DNA of 64,000 bases from a virus, in the IMG/VR virus record IMGVR_UViG_3300037468_000371, positions 1 to 64,000 of that record; one strand, 5' to 3'. The notes under the pieces are model-generated. The model was not told the origin of the DNA. It did not search any database and was given only the letters and a program-made list of their open reading frames with translations. This document shows positions 47,933 through 56,550 of the stretch, piece after piece (the first letter of the stretch is position 1; each line of letters starts with the position of its first letter). Position numbers and translations under genes: made by a program.

Positions 47933-49752
47933 GCAATCCATCGGCAAAGGGGCCGGTCGATTCCAAGCGGGCCATGCAGGAGCGCGCCGACGAAGCCGTT
48001 CGCCTTCTCGATGCCCTGTGGCCCGGCGAAACGCTGGCCGAGTCGGGGGTCAAGCTCGCCATGTGGCGCCCGAGGAAGCGCACCGAGTTCTTCGACGCGA
48101 AGCCGGCGCTGGCGGCCCGCTCGGTCGAGATCGCGGCCGGGGGCGAGGACGTGTACTTCTCCACGTGCGCGTTGCGCGGCGACTATGCGCCGCCCGATGG
48201 GCGTCATGGCGCACGGGGCACCGCGGCCGATGTGCGATACGCCCCGGCGCTGTTCGTCGATCTCGACGTGAAGATCGGAGCGTTCACCTCGGTCGATGCC
48301 GCGCTGCGGTTCCTGGAAGGGCTGCCGATTAGGCCGACCGCTGCCATCAAGTCGGGCACAGGGGTTCACGCTTGGTGGATCTTCAAGGAGCCGTTCGATC
48401 TCGGCTCCAGCGAAGGGCTCGCCGGCTTCGATTCGCTGTCGCGCGGCTGGCTGGAGTTCATGCGGCGCGCCGCCGGCTCTCACGTGACGATCGACTCGAC
48501 GGTCGATGCCGCCCGGGTGCTGCGGTTGCCCGGGACGGTGCGCGTCAAGGGCGGCCCGCCGATACTGGTTGAGATGGCCTACCTGAACGACCGGCGCGCT
48601 AACCCGACCGACTTCCTCGAATACGCCGTGCCGGTCCAGGCGCGCACGGCCGAGATCGTCACGGCCGAGTCGGGCCTGTACCTCGACCCGGATGCGCAGC
48701 CGCCCCTGGAGAAGTTCGTGGCCCTTTCGGCCAACGAGGAGCGGTTCGCGGCGTCGTTCGCGCGGCGCGACCGGAAGGACATCAAGGATAACTCCCCATC
48801 GGGCCATGACATGAGCCTGGCTTCACTGGCGGTGAGGGCCGGTTGGGCGGACCAGGAGATGATCGACCTGATCGCCGCCGCGCGCCGCCAGCACAAGGAC
48901 GACCAGAAGCCGCTGGACTGGTACATCCGCACGGTGCGGAAGGCGCGGGCCGAGTACGTCAGTTCGCAGTCGGAGGAAGCCGAGCAGGAGCGTCGCGAGG
49001 ACTTCGTCGCCCGCATCGCAGAGGCCGAAGCGGCGCCGCCCGGAAGCGAAACCCGCAAGACGGCCGCGGTCGAAGCGGCGCGGCGGTTCACCGGAGTCGA
49101 GATCGCATCGCTCGTCCGCTACATCCCAGAGCCCTACCGCTACGCTATCCAAGTGACCCACGGAGCTAGATACCTGATCGGCACGGCTTCAGACCTGCGG
49201 TCGTGGGATCGTTGGGTCGACACCGCCATCGACCTGAAGTTCCGCATCAACCCGCACCGCCCGAAGGCGGCGGAGTGGTTGCGGTGTGTGCAGTTGCTCA
49301 GCGAATTCGCCGAGGACAAGGAGCAGGTCGAGTTCTCGATGCAGGCGCGCTGCGAGGCGTTGATCTGCTCGTACCTGTCGACGTTCGGCTCCTCGGTGGT
49401 GTGCTCCGATGCCGTCGAGCGAAACGAGCGCGCATTCCGCCGCGCCCCGTTCGCCCACGACGGGTACCTGTACCTGTCGATTCCGGACCTTCTGGCGGAT
49501 GTCGAACGGCGGGGCGGCGGAGCGCAGCGGCTGATCACACACGAGGACTTGTACCGGCTCGGATTCACGACCATCACCGTGGCCGCCGCCCGGCCGACCG
49601 GGCCGGGCTCCGCGAAATCAAAGCAAACGACCCGTAAGTACCAGCGCGCACCGTTGAATAGGCTTCCTTTGGTCAGGCAAACCGTTGGCATCGACGATCC
49701 GGATCCGGAGCTGATCGCGCAGCTCGACCTCCACGGAGTGGAGCTGAAGTGA
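47929..49752 (+). CDS. RepB'-like (AEP superfamily) primase/replication protein
   Basis: DVYF, LFVDLD, SGTGVHAWW, DAARVLRLPGT; helical SPSGHDMSLA domain. Confidence 0.82.
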   Translation: MSNPSAKGPVDSKRAMQERADEAVRLLDALWPGETLAESGVKLAMWRPRKRTEFFDAKPALAARSVEIAAGGEDVYFSTCALRGDYAPPDGRHGARGTAADVRYAPALFVDLDVKIGAFTSVDAALRFLEGLPIRPTAAIKSGTGVHAWWIFKEPFDLGSSEGLAGFDSLSRGWLEFMRRAAGSHVTIDSTVDAARVLRLPGTVRVKGGPPILVEMAYLNDRRANPTDFLEYAVPVQARTAEIVTAESGLYLDPDAQPPLEKFVALSANEERFAASFARRDRKDIKDNSPSGHDMSLASLAVRAGWADQEMIDLIAAARRQHKDDQKPLDWYIRTVRKARAEYVSSQSEEAEQERREDFVARIAEAEAAPPGSETRKTAAVEAARRFTGVEIASLVRYIPEPYRYAIQVTHGARYLIGTASDLRSWDRWVDTAIDLKFRINPHRPKAAEWLRCVQLLSEFAEDKEQVEFSMQARCEALICSYLSTFGSSVVCSDAVERNERAFRRAPFAHDGYLYLSIPDLLADVERRGGGAQRLITHEDLYRLGFTTITVAAARPTGPGSAKSKQTTRKYQRAPLNRLPLVRQTVGIDDPDPELIAQLDLHGVELK

Positions 49753-50231
49753 TTAGCGGACTTATAAGGAACGATCGTACGCGGAGCTCAGGGGCGCCGA
49801 GGGTTCTAGTACTGCGTTCCGCAGCGGACCGCTGAGAATAATGCAATGGCCTATCTAGATCCAATGTCCACTCGAATTTCGCCGCGCTTAGGGGATCGAT
49901 CGAGGCCGGGCCGGTCGTCGAAAAAGGCCGATCCGGCCCTTTTGCACGCCCGCGTGGAGGCGCGAGAGGCTCCGCAAAAACAGAGAAGTGAAAACTCGGT
50001 AAATCGAGTACTTTTGGGGAAATCGATGAGCAACGGAGGACTTCGCCGTGATCGATGCCGGGTAAAGGCCCCAGAAAGCGCGGGAAATTTTGGAGGGTTT
50101 TCTGGCAGGATTTCGAGGGGCTGCGGCAGGCTTAGGGGCCGCGCGCTTCCGTTGGGGCGATTTTGTGCCAAAAACTGGTGTCCTTGCAAGGAGCATCTTC
50201 CAAGGACCGTAAATTCGAGGTTCAAATCCGA
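49753..50231. other. AT-enriched intergenic region, candidate replication origin
   Basis: Visibly lower GC, many A/T tracts and short palindromes; directly after the primase. Confidence 0.5.
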
Positions 50232-50813
50232 ATGTCAATGCACTCGCTAAACCTATGGCTTGGCTCGGAGATAGACCTCATTGCGCCGGACGTAAATCAG
50301 ATTTACGCGGACGATATTGCGGTCGCCCTCAGCCGGATCTGCCGATTCGGTGGCCACACGGTGGACTTCTACTCGGTCGCGCAGCACTCCGTTTTTGTCT
50401 CCCGCTACTGCGGCGAACACGGTGGCCCGGCCGCTGCCCGTTGGGGTCTGCTGCACGACGCTTCGGAAGCCTACCTCGGCGACATCGTCTGGCCGCTCAA
50501 GCACGTCCCCGAGATGCGGGCGGCCTACGCCCCGATCGAAGAGCGCATGATGGAGGCGATCGCTCGCAGGTTCGCGCTCGGGCCGAAGCCCGCCGCGATC
50601 GTCCACGACGGGGATCGGGCTGTGCTGCTGGCCGAGGCGCGTGATCTCCACCGAAGCGGCCGGCTCCTTGGTCGCGTAGCAGCATCGAGGGTCGAAGCCG
50701 AGATCGACCAGATCAAGCCCTGGCCCGCGGAACCGATCTTGGCGCTGGAACCGCACCGAGCCGCGCGGCTATTCCGCACGGAATTCGAGAAGCTCTGGAA
50801 GGGAGCATCATGA
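50232..50813 (+). CDS. HD-domain 5'-deoxynucleotidase-like phosphohydrolase (YfbR-like)
   Basis: DIAVALSRICRFGGH...YSVAQHS...LLHDASEAYLGDI. Confidence 0.9.
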   Translation: MSMHSLNLWLGSEIDLIAPDVNQIYADDIAVALSRICRFGGHTVDFYSVAQHSVFVSRYCGEHGGPAAARWGLLHDASEAYLGDIVWPLKHVPEMRAAYAPIEERMMEAIARRFALGPKPAAIVHDGDRAVLLAEARDLHRSGRLLGRVAASRVEAEIDQIKPWPAEPILALEPHRAARLFRTEFEKLWKGAS

Positions 50814-51874
50814 GACACGCCGAAGCGCAAGAGACGGCAGCGCGGATGATCGACAACATGCGCATGGGCGACCGGCCCGAACGGCTTCACTGGGAACTGT
50901 TCCCGCAGTTCGCCGAGGCCGAATGCTGGGCCGGAGGGCCCGATCCGCAGATCGCGCTGATTGGCTCAATTGGCGCCGGATTGCCGCCCAATGAGATGGT
51001 TTGGTTGATCGGCTGCTACTGCGCTCAGCACTGCGTCCCGTCCGCGCTGGCGGTGTGGCGCCGCTGGCCGCGGCCCGAATCGATCCTCAAGGCGCATTTC
51101 ATCGAAGTCGCCGGATGGCTCGAAGCCAATTGGCCGGCGCTTCCGGTCCGTCCCGAGATGCGTCACCATCGGATGCCCGAGAAGCGGGCCAAGGCCCTGC
51201 TCGGCTTCGCCGCCTACGCTCAGTCCTGGCCCCGGACACCGCGCTACGCCGACGCAGCCGATCCGTACGAGGCCGCATGGACCGATACGATCCGGTCGAT
51301 CCCCTACTACGGCCGCTACATGGCGATCAAGTTCCTGGAATTCCTGAGCCGTTCGGTCGCTCCGGAGCTGCGGCTTTCCGATCTGCGGCCCGAGGGCGGA
51401 TGGTCGCCGCGGCGGGTGCTGTCGTGGATGTTCCCGCGGCAGGCCGAGATCCTCAACTCGACGGACACGAAGCCCCGTGCCCGAGCGGCCGTGCATGGCG
51501 TGGCCAGCGAGATGCTGAAACACATCAGGGCAACCCGCGTGCCGAACCTGTCGTGGTTCGATCTGCAGGTGCTGCTCTGCGAGTACCGCGAGCACTGGGA
51601 TGGCGGGTTCTACGCCGGCTGCACTCACGACGAGGAGGTCCTGTACGCCGAGCGGGCGTTGCCGGCGATGGGCGATGGTGTCGCATCAATCTTCTACGAT
51701 CATCGGTCACGCCTCTTCCCCGACCGTGTGCTGGGCGAACGGCGAGGCTGGCACGGAATCAGGAAGCCGTGCGCGCTGACGCTGAAGAAGCAGGGCTTCA
51801 TCTGGTCGGATCGCACGCACGACTACCCGTCGATGGAACTGATCTGGAAGAACGAGCAGGGGGAGAGGGCCTGA
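50810..51874 (+). CDS. Amino acid:DNA transferase-like protein (aGPT-Pplase2, HhH-glycosylase fold)
   Basis: WLIGCY, EMRHHR, YYGRYMAIKFLEFL, QVLLCEY...FYAG. Confidence 0.75.
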   Translation: MRHAEAQETAARMIDNMRMGDRPERLHWELFPQFAEAECWAGGPDPQIALIGSIGAGLPPNEMVWLIGCYCAQHCVPSALAVWRRWPRPESILKAHFIEVAGWLEANWPALPVRPEMRHHRMPEKRAKALLGFAAYAQSWPRTPRYADAADPYEAAWTDTIRSIPYYGRYMAIKFLEFLSRSVAPELRLSDLRPEGGWSPRRVLSWMFPRQAEILNSTDTKPRARAAVHGVASEMLKHIRATRVPNLSWFDLQVLLCEYREHWDGGFYAGCTHDEEVLYAERALPAMGDGVASIFYDHRSRLFPDRVLGERRGWHGIRKPCALTLKKQGFIWSDRTHDYPSMELIWKNEQGERA

Positions 51875-52728
51875 TGGCGAAGAAGGCAGCAGAATCCACG
51901 GTGATCATCGTTCCGTCGCGGCGCCGGCCGCCGCTCGTCGTATTCGAGCATCACGAGATGCCCGCCGGGATCCCGGTCGTGGTCCTTGCGGACCCGGACG
52001 TCTACGAGGAACACCGCGTGGCTTACGGGGATCGCTACTCAGTCATCCGGGGGGATCATGGCTGCGCGGCACAGATGCACCGATCCTACCTGGTCGGGTA
52101 CGCCATGAAGATGGACTGGGTGTTCCGGGTCGACGACGACATGCACGACCGTTCGTTGGTCGGCCTGCCGGGGTTTGAAAACCTGGTGGACCGCGGAAGT
52201 GTTGGAAAGTACCGCACGGTAGCGGATGCCTTCACCCGCGCGTGTGAGGCAGCCGATGGGTTGCCGGGGGTATCGCTGGTCGGGTTCTCGAACACCACCC
52301 GTGTGGACTGGCTCTCGCCCGGGTTCGGCCGGACGTGGGGCCTGATCACCGGGAATATCCAGCTGTACCGCTCGACGACGGAGCCGGGCCGGTTCATCAA
52401 TCCGGAGCAGGCGATGTACGAGGATGTGTGGCGCACCTGTTCACACCGTGAGGACGGGGGCGGGTGGACGGGCCGGGTGAAGTCGATCGGCGTGGACAAG
52501 AAGACGGTCTGTAACCCGAAGACGACGGCCTACGCGGCCGGGGATCTGGCGCAGCGCGAAGAGGCGATCCGGGCGATCACCACGCGGTTCCCAACCATCG
52601 TGTCCTGCGACGGAACGCGGACGATCAACGGCGGCAGCCTCACGATCGCCTACTGGAAGTTCCGGCCCCCGCCCGGGGCGCGCAGGGGGAAGGGGCAGGG
52701 CGCGCAGGAAGCTCCGCCAGCTTCCTGA
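51874..52728 (+). CDS. TAGT/GREB1-like GT-A glycosyltransferase
   Basis: IIVPSRRR, VFRVDDD, YEDV; translationally coupled to the transferase. Confidence 0.7.
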   Translation: MAKKAAESTVIIVPSRRRPPLVVFEHHEMPAGIPVVVLADPDVYEEHRVAYGDRYSVIRGDHGCAAQMHRSYLVGYAMKMDWVFRVDDDMHDRSLVGLPGFENLVDRGSVGKYRTVADAFTRACEAADGLPGVSLVGFSNTTRVDWLSPGFGRTWGLITGNIQLYRSTTEPGRFINPEQAMYEDVWRTCSHREDGGGWTGRVKSIGVDKKTVCNPKTTAYAAGDLAQREEAIRAITTRFPTIVSCDGTRTINGGSLTIAYWKFRPPPGARRGKGQGAQEAPPAS

Positions 52729-52803
52729 GCGCTCCGCTGCCTTCCTGAAACACAGAACCCTCAGCCCGGGGCCGCGCCGGGAGAGATCATTCCTCCTGCG
52801 TCC

Positions 52804-52992
52804 TTAAGTGCGTTTGGTCAGGGGGGCGACATACAGCCGCGCCGACCGACCGCGGGCGGCTTCGATCAGCCGGCGGCGCATGCGGTATACGGTCAGCTCG
52901 GGTACGCCGAGGGCGACAGCCCGATGGAGCAGCTGCCGCCCGCGGCGAATCTGGATCAGCTGCGCGAGCCGCCTTTGGCGTTCCGCGTCCAT
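52804..52992 (-). CDS. Hypothetical basic protein
   Basis: GGAGGAG RBS; last gene of the minus-strand array. Confidence 0.55.
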   Translation of the reverse strand: MDAERQRRLAQLIQIRRGRQLLHRAVALGVPELTVYRMRRRLIEAARGRSARLYVAPLTKRT

Positions 52993-53159
52993 CGTGATAG
53001 CTCCTCCCTGGCCCCCTCGACCTGAGAGCGCAACGCGGCGACCTCGCGCCGCAGCCGCAGGCACTCGGCCGCCAGCCCGCCGCGCATCGTCCCGGGGCCG
53101 CCGTAGGCCCGCACGGCGGCCTCCAGCATCTGGTCAGACAGCTCGTTGATCTTCGTCAC
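52956..53159 (-). CDS. Hypothetical coiled-coil protein
   Basis: GTGA coupling. Confidence 0.55.
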   Translation of the reverse strand: MTKINELSDQMLEAAVRAYGGPGTMRGGLAAECLRLRREVAALRSQVEGAREELSRWTRNAKGGSRS

Positions 53160-53404
53160 TTGACTCCCCCAACGGTCACGGCCCCTGACTGAGCGACCGT
53201 GCCGCGCAGTACGATGTCGCCCGAGCCGTTCTTGGCCGGGCCGTAGTACTCGCCCGCCGGAATCGGTCGCCCCCGCTCGTGGACGTAGCGTTCGACGTTC
53301 CACGCGAGGCTGGTGTCCTGAAACACGCGGAAGATCGAGCCCGTGTGCCGGCTCAGCGCCCGGGCGCGGCAGAGCGCCGCGCTATACCCGCCGAGGATTC
53401 TCAC
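53156..53404 (-). CDS. Hypothetical protein
   Basis: GTGA coupling at both ends. Confidence 0.6.
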   Translation of the reverse strand: MRILGGYSAALCRARALSRHTGSIFRVFQDTSLAWNVERYVHERGRPIPAGEYYGPAKNGSGDIVLRGTVAQSGAVTVGGVK

Positions 53405-53823
53405 TTGCCTGCTCCTTTCTCGCGGCTTCCGTAGAAGCCGTACAAAGCCCGCAGCGGCTCGACCCAGCAGTAGGGCGCCGCGGCCATGCAGGCCGGGCTG
53501 CTGGTCGCGTAGTCGTACGTCAAGAAATAGCCGCTCCCGCCGAACTCGCCATCGTCGTTCATCACGGTTCCGTGCTCAAGGACTCCGGCGGCGCCGAGGC
53601 GATGAACTTCGCGCTTTACCATCTTGCAATCAACGCAGCCGTTGATCGCCCAGGAGTTCAGGTCCGCCGCGAGCCGCTCGAAGCCGTGCCAATTGTTGGT
53701 TTCTTCGCCGACCCACTCGTCCCGCAGCACGCCGACGATCGCATCGCGCAGCACGCCGCTCTTCGTCAGTCGCCCGCGGGTGGTCACCTGCTTGATCGCC
53801 CGGATCTTGATCTGCTTCGCCAT
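53401..53823 (-). CDS. Hypothetical protein
   Basis: TGATG coupling, GGAGG RBS. Confidence 0.65.
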   Translation of the reverse strand: MAKQIKIRAIKQVTTRGRLTKSGVLRDAIVGVLRDEWVGEETNNWHGFERLAADLNSWAINGCVDCKMVKREVHRLGAAGVLEHGTVMNDDGEFGGSGYFLTYDYATSSPACMAAAPYCWVEPLRALYGFYGSREKGAGK

Positions 53824-54200
53824 CAGTCGCCCTCCTCCTTGAACAGCTCCTTCGCGTCGTCGATCGTTCGGCGCAGGTTCCGTTCCAGCTCGACCTTGCG
53901 TACCGGGCGCGGCCGGTCGAGGAATAGGTCGTAGGCCCCGAGGATCTTGAGCATCGCATCCTCCAGCTTCACGATGCGCTGCACGAGTAGCTCGCGCGAT
54001 TCGCCGCCCGCCTTCAGGGCCGCATCGATCATGATGAAGTGAGCTCCGCCGCAGGCCGGGCAGCGGTGCGCGCCGTCGCTTGATGAGCGGACTTCGATGG
54101 CGAACACGCGCCCGCAGTCTGCCTCGGCGCAGATCGCAGCACTCTCGATCGGGAAGTGGAAGTCGCCGCGCGCAGCGGCAAGTTCTGTGTCGTGAGTCAC
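53823..54200 (-). CDS. Zinc-finger protein
   Basis: CAEADC...CPACG. Confidence 0.65.
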   Translation of the reverse strand: MTHDTELAAARGDFHFPIESAAICAEADCGRVFAIEVRSSSDGAHRCPACGGAHFIMIDAALKAGGESRELLVQRIVKLEDAMLKILGAYDLFLDRPRPVRKVELERNLRRTIDDAKELFKEEGD

Positions 54201-54370
54201 CTATCGCCCCTTTCATCGAATTCGTGAGTCATGATGTAGCCATAGGTCACGATAATACCGATCGAAATTCCACCGCCGAAGGCGACGCCGAACTCCGCGC
54301 CGAACAGGGCTCCGATGCCGAGCACGGCAACGGCCAGCATGACTGCGATGATCCAGCCGCCGAGCGTCAT
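54197..54370 (-). CDS. Small membrane protein
   Basis: MTLGGWIIAV...; two hydrophobic stretches. Confidence 0.6.
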   Translation of the reverse strand: MTLGGWIIAVMLAVAVLGIGALFGAEFGVAFGGGISIGIIVTYGYIMTHEFDERGDR

Positions 54371-54477
54371 GTCCTCTCCTCTCTCGACTCGTGGATGATG
54401 AGCAGCGCGACGCCGACGCCGATTCCGAGCCAGATGCCGAGCACAGCAGCGGTGATGATCCAGCCGGTCAGGGTCAC
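54367..54477 (-). CDS. 36-aa membrane peptide
   Basis: MTLTGWIITAAVLGIWLGIGVGVALLII; coupled at both ends; below the ORF-track cutoff. Confidence 0.55.
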   Translation of the reverse strand: MTLTGWIITAAVLGIWLGIGVGVALLIIHESREERT

Positions 54478-54695
54478 CAGAACCTCCTCTCCGGCACAAG
54501 GAACTCATGCCGGTGCTTGACGGGGAAGAACCGCGCGAGCCCGAGCCGGGTCAGCGCGCGGCGATACCAGCGCGAGCGCACCTCGGCCTCGTACCGCTCG
54601 CGCTCGGCTTCGACCATCGTTCGGTACTCGCAGTACGCCTCCTCGAAGCCGTCGCGGAACAGGCGGCGAAAGTCGTTGACGTCCATCTCGTTCAC
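54474..54695 (-). CDS. Hypothetical protein
   Basis: AAGGAGG RBS, GTGA coupling. Confidence 0.6.
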   Translation of the reverse strand: MNEMDVNDFRRLFRDGFEEAYCEYRTMVEAERERYEAEVRSRWYRRALTRLGLARFFPVKHRHEFLVPERRFW

Positions 54696-54955
54696 GCGCC
54701 CTCCTTTCCTCGCGCGGCGCGCATCACCGCTGCGGTCATCGCGGCGTGTGCCACCGAACTCACGCTGTACAGCATCGCTATCTCGGGCGTCTGCTCGTCG
54801 GGCTGAATGCACGCGAGTCGGTAACTGCCGAAACAGTGGATCAGGACCCAGATCGGCGAATTCGACCACCCCGGTCCAGAGGCCGCTTCGGCGTAGGCGG
54901 CCACGATCCTCTCGCCGGTCTCAAGGCGCAGCGCCTCGGCTACCTTGTTCTTCAT
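54692..54955 (-). CDS. Hypothetical protein
   Basis: AAGGAG RBS, ATGA coupling. Confidence 0.65.
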   Translation of the reverse strand: MKNKVAEALRLETGERIVAAYAEAASGPGWSNSPIWVLIHCFGSYRLACIQPDEQTPEIAMLYSVSSVAHAAMTAAVMRAARGKEGA

Positions 54956-55200
54956 GGCTTCTCCTTCCGCTCCAGCGCCCGGCGGACGGCGGGATGCTTC
55001 TCGAACTTGCACGCCTCGCAGTCGTCGCCGCACGGTTCGACATCGAGGTCAGGGTCCTTGGTGTGGTACGTCTCCTGCCACCACGAATCTGCATGGCGGA
55101 TCGCCTCCTCCGCCTCCGCCAGATCCCGCCGCGCCTCGTCCCGCTCGGCCTCCGCTTCAGCCAACCGTTGCAGCACGTCGTATGCGTCGCCGTCCATCAC
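54952..55200 (-). CDS. Hypothetical protein
   Basis: Coupled; EAERDEARR coil; CxxxCxxC. Confidence 0.6.
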   Translation of the reverse strand: MMDGDAYDVLQRLAEAEAERDEARRDLAEAEEAIRHADSWWQETYHTKDPDLDVEPCGDDCEACKFEKHPAVRRALERKEKP

Positions 55201-55532
55201 GCCCTCCTCAGATTGACAGGAATGTCCGTCTCGTCTCGCAGCGGAACGCCGACCAGTTCAGCAATGATCGCAGCGCGAGCCCGCACGGCCTTCGCGTTCA
55301 TCGGCCCGTTGCCGCGCTCGCGGTCGAGCGGAAACGACGTGACGTGCTTCGACCATCCGCGAAACGTCTCGGTGGGCGGCATCGAATCGAACCGGATCTC
55401 GCTGCGGATCTTCCCGCTGCGATGCTCGGGGCAGGTGCAGCACGGGCAGCAAATCGTGTCGTAGACAATGGCGATGGCCGTGGCGTAGTGCGGGGCCAGC
55501 GGCTTGGGGGGCTTCTTTGCTCGGCTCACCAT
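55197..55532 (-). CDS. Hypothetical Cys-rich protein
   Basis: AAGGAGG RBS; CCPCCTC. Confidence 0.55.
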   Translation of the reverse strand: MVSRAKKPPKPLAPHYATAIAIVYDTICCPCCTCPEHRSGKIRSEIRFDSMPPTETFRGWSKHVTSFPLDRERGNGPMNAKAVRARAAIIAELVGVPLRDETDIPVNLRRA

Positions 55533-56203
55533 CGCCCCTCCTTCTGCCCCTTGCGCCACTCCGCCAGTTCCCGCCGCGCCTCGTCGCGCTCGGCCTCCGC
55601 ATTCTTGGCGCGCTTGCGATGCTTCTCGACTGCGGCGCAGGCCAGTTCGTATGCCTCCGCAGTTGGGTAGGGCTGTCTGTCGTGGGCGATGGCTAAGTCG
55701 CGGTCGCGCTCCGCCGCCTCGGCCCGCTCCATTAGCGACAGGGCGAAGGCGGCGAGCGGTTGCGTCTGCGCCCAATACTCAAGCTGCTCCTTCGTGAAGG
55801 TCGTCACTCGCTCATCTCCGCGCGGTTGATCCCAGTCCTCGTACCCCCACTCGCCTTCGTTGCTCATGCTGTCATCCTTCTCCGCTCCTCCAGCGGCGGC
55901 TTTCGCCAGCAGCTCGATCAGGATCTCTCCGCTATCCCCATCGCCGCCGAACTTGAGACCCAAGCTGTCTCCGTCGGCGTAGTCCATGTCGGCTACCCTG
56001 CGAGCCAGCTTTTCGGCGTCGAATGCGGCGGGCGGCTTCCACGTCCGCGCCCGGAACTCCATGATTGCATCGACCGTCAGGCACTTCCACTCGGACATCG
56101 TCATCGCGACCGAGTAGTTCGGCTTGACGGTTCCGATCGTGTTGATGAACACGGCGGTCGCCACCTCCCAGGCAAGGATCTCGTCCTCTCGTGGCTCGCT
56201 CAC
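55526..56203 (-). CDS. Modular hypothetical protein (Ead/Ea22-like coil)
   Basis: AAGGAGG RBS; may comprise two fused modules (internal Met near 55867). Confidence 0.6.
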   Translation of the reverse strand: MSEPREDEILAWEVATAVFINTIGTVKPNYSVAMTMSEWKCLTVDAIMEFRARTWKPPAAFDAEKLARRVADMDYADGDSLGLKFGGDGDSGEILIELLAKAAAGGAEKDDSMSNEGEWGYEDWDQPRGDERVTTFTKEQLEYWAQTQPLAAFALSLMERAEAAERDRDLAIAHDRQPYPTAEAYELACAAVEKHRKRAKNAEAERDEARRELAEWRKGQKEGRW

Positions 56204-56269
56204 GCGCCCTCCTTCCGCGCCCTCGCCCGGCGGAGCCGATCCCCGTAGAGCTTCTTCATCGTCGCCAGT

Positions 56270-56533
56270 TCAGGCATCGACCATCCCCTTCCCCGGGATG
56301 AATGCGTTGCGGTGGAACAGCAGGTTCCGGGCACACTCGACGTGAACCACGACAGGTCGCATCGACAAGTCACGCAGCTCGATCGCGCGCCCCATGCGCA
56401 GTCGCTTCGCGCAAGCCCAGCACGCCGCTCCGGAATGGATGCGCGGCAGTCGCTCGACGATACGGTCGATGCGCCGGATTCGCGCGGCCTCCTCGAGACC
56501 AATGTGCGTGGCGTTCAGCTCCAGGTCCGCCAT
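56270..56533 (-). CDS. Hypothetical protein with CxxC...HxxC
   Basis: CWAC...HVEC; GGAG RBS. Confidence 0.55.
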   Translation of the reverse strand: MADLELNATHIGLEEAARIRRIDRIVERLPRIHSGAACWACAKRLRMGRAIELRDLSMRPVVVHVECARNLLFHRNAFIPGKGMVDA

Positions 56534-56550
56534 CTCTCCGCCTTCGGCGC

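Noticed and set aside
49846-50250. Three overlapping ORFs in the AT-rich spacer
   Set aside because: Atypical codon usage, no RBS, no motifs.
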